DNA of 63,602 nucleotides, filler included, from Reclinomonas americana ATCC 50394 (Eukaryota), in assembly GCA_048213135.1 (NCBI GenBank). It is 18 parts of 18 records of this genome, joined end to end, with 100 filler letters (N's around TTAATTAATTAA, not from the genome) between each part and the next. Parts side by side here need not be neighbours in the genome. Positions count along the whole stretch, not along the records: positions 59,934 to 62,039 come from AFZH01022271.1; positions 62,140 to 63,602 come from AFZH01022275.1; 16 more parts are not named here. One strand, written 5' to 3'. Shown piece after piece: positions 61,513 to 63,602 of this stretch. A program made the translations under genes and the position numbers. Numbering within the stretch: position 1 is the stretch's first letter; every line of letters begins with the position of its first letter. The notes below the pieces were generated by a model. The model was not told the origin of the DNA and did no database searches. It was given only the letters and a program-made list of their open reading frames with translations.

Positions 61513-62039
61513 TCAGGCTCCTTGGCGGACGATGCGCTCGATGTCGGCGATCGCTTCCGGATTGACGAGCGAGGACAGGTCTCCCGCGGGGGAGCCGGAA
61601 TAGACGCTGCGGATAACGCGACGCATGATCTTGGAGCTGCGGGTCTTCGGCAGCTGAGGCACGACGAAGACGGCCCGGGCGCAAATGGCTTGCCTAGCCT
61701 TTCCTGGATTCGTGCTGTTGCGAGCTTGAGGATGTCGTCGGCCGGCCCCGAGCACGTGAGGAAGGCAACGAGCGCCTGGCCCTTGACCGGATCGTCTGCG
61801 CCGATCACCGCGGCTTCGATGACACCTTCGATCTCGACCAGGATTTCCTCGACCTCGGCAGGGCCGACGCGCTTTCCCGCGACCTTGATGGTGTCGTCCG
61901 AACGCCCGAGCAAGAGATAGTGTCCCTCCCCAGTACGCATCGCGAGGTCACCGTGTATCCAGACGTCGGGCACAGTGCTCCAATAGGTTTCGAGATATCG
62001 CTGCTCGTCCTGCCAGAAGCTCGCAGTCATGCCCACGAA
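61513..62039 (-). CDS. AMP-binding acyl-CoA synthetase C-terminus (5'-truncated, frameshift ~61680)
   Basis: HGDLA..LGRSDDTIKVAGKRVGPAEVE, then LPKTRSSKIMRR in the shifted frame. Confidence 0.85.
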
Positions 62040-62139
62040 NNNNNNNNNNNNNNNNNNNNNNNNNNNNNNNNNNNNNNNNNNNNTTAATTAATTAANNNNN
62101 NNNNNNNNNNNNNNNNNNNNNNNNNNNNNNNNNNNNNNN

Positions 62140-63602
62140 AATGCCCTTACCTTGGTGACGCATGTCGTCGATCATCTTGTGATACGAGTCGTCGGCGATA
62201 GCCATCCGTGTCTTTTCGGCGTCATACGCAGGTCGTCCGGGGTGATTGGGGTCGAGCTTGATCGCGTCCCGTCGGCTCTGCTCGGCCTGCGCCGCGTCCG
62301 CAGTGTCCCTGTCGAACAACGGGTGGTCCGGGTGGTGGACGTGGTTCTTGTCGCCGCCATGGTAGACCCGCTCGGAAAAACTGTGCGGGAGGGGGCCGCT
62401 CCTCGAGTCACCGATGAACCCCTGCTGGTGTCCGTACCCGAGCTGGTTCACCTGCGTGGCCGTGCTCGGGTCGTTGGCCTCGATTGCGTTGCGCTGGGCG
62501 TTGCGATAGGAGCCCAACCGGTCTCCATACCCGATCGCATCGGCGTCGGTGGTGTCGGGCGCATCTCGCACCGTTCCCTTCGTGAAGCCGGACTCGTGCT
62601 TTCCGTGCCCGCCCCCGTGCCTGGGTGATAGCGGTGATTCGCGTAGTCCTCGTTGTACGCGAAGGCGTTGTTCTCGAGGGGCTTGTTAATCGGGTCCTTC
62701 CGACCTGGCTTGAAAGTGCCGTTGTCGGCCAAGATGTCGAACCCGGCGACGTGCTCAGACTGGTGCGTCGAGTTTCCGTCGATTCGGAAGTTGTACTTTG
62801 TGGCGAGGCGCCTCTTCTCGGCAGGGTTGTCGCCGTAGGTGCTCAACGGCCACTTACGCGACTGGCTCACCGGGCCCGTGTTTCCCCGGTCGTAAGGGTT
62901 GAAGCGTGCGCCACCGCTTACGCATGGCGTGGTTCGCTGTGGGGCGAGACCGAGCGGATCGATCATGGCCGTGGGGTTCTTCACGTATGCCTGGGAGTCT
63001 GGCGCCGGCGTCAGGCCCAGCGGGTCGTGCGAGAGATAGCGCCCCGTCTCAGGGTCGTAGTAGCGATGCCTGTTGTAGTGCAGGCCTGTTTCCTCGTCGT
63101 CGTATTGGCCGGGAAAGCGGAGCGGCGTGCTCGCGGTTCCGTCGGAGGAGACCGTTGGTCCCCACAGCGCCGTGTGGCGGTGACCGGCCAACTCGCCCGT
63201 CTCAGCGACGAGTTCTGTGGGAGCGCCTACCAAGTCGGACACGACGAAGTGGAACTGCTCCTTTGCGGCGGGGTCGAGGACTCTGTCGATTTGTGTGAGG
63301 GGGATGTCCGAGTCAGGGGCGTACTCCCAGACCGTGGCGACCGATGGCCGCCCGATCCCGCTGCGGACTTGTTCGGCCGGAAGCTGACCGTCCCAGGCGA
63401 ACTCGATCGTCTCGAGGACCTCCCCGCTCGTTGGGTCTACGCGCTCCTTGGCGACTCGCCGACCGAATGGGTCGTAACGGTAGCGCCACTCAGCTCCTTC
63501 CGGCGTCAGCACGCCGACCAGACGATTTTCCGCGCTCCACCGGTACGTCCACCGCTCGCCGCTGCGGTCGCGGGTCGTGACCCGCCCGTCCTCGTCGTGC
63601 GT
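62140..63602 (-). CDS. RHS repeat-associated core protein with C-terminal toxin domain (both ends truncated, 1-nt frameshift ~62600)
   Basis: YRYDPFGRR, LRFPGQYDDEETGLHYNRHRYYDPETGRYLSHDPLGL and a terminal DPLGL cleavage motif. The toxin continues in ORF 62092-62571. Confidence 0.88.

Noticed and set aside
60729..62036. Acyl-CoA ligase-SDR fusion protein
   Set aside because: Created by a one-base deletion in a C run near 61680. The ligase C-terminus (LPKTRSSKIMRR) continues in another frame and the SDR has its own start at 61508.
51767..62605. Programmed frameshifting or pseudogenisation at about 51790, 61680 and 62600
   Set aside because: These are small indels at homopolymers or contig ends in short contigs, so sequencing error is more parsimonious. 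Reads are needed to confirm.

Overview
The window is 18 contigs joined by 17 artificial 100-nt linkers (N44-TTAATTAATTAA-N44), and it comes from at least two unrelated sources. Region 1-43417 is an intron-rich eukaryote, probably a protist. It holds a spliced, partial NLR-like gene on the + strand (NACHT/STAND NTPase, pentapeptide repeat, WD40). Convergent with it is a minus-strand tandem array of at least 14 standalone WD40 genes with a period of about 3.2 kb. Each complete copy has a 12-nt start micro-exon (MTTK/MATK), one intron, seven WD repeats of the same type as the NLR's, hypervariable top-face residues, and a conserved acidic tail reminiscent of a SOCS or F-box. Blade variants are shared between non-adjacent copies. 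Region 43518-62039 is high-GC, probably alphaproteobacterial. It contains an integrase with uncharacterised cargo, an exonuclease I homolog, a MarR/VOC/NmrA module, a ugp-like ABC operon with a phosphodiesterase and a HAD phosphatase, and a redox/CoA catabolic cluster. Region 62140-63602 is an RHS toxin with a His-rich C-terminal domain I do not recognise. The best candidate for a novel system is the NLR plus diversified WD40 array. All calls were made by eye, without database searches.
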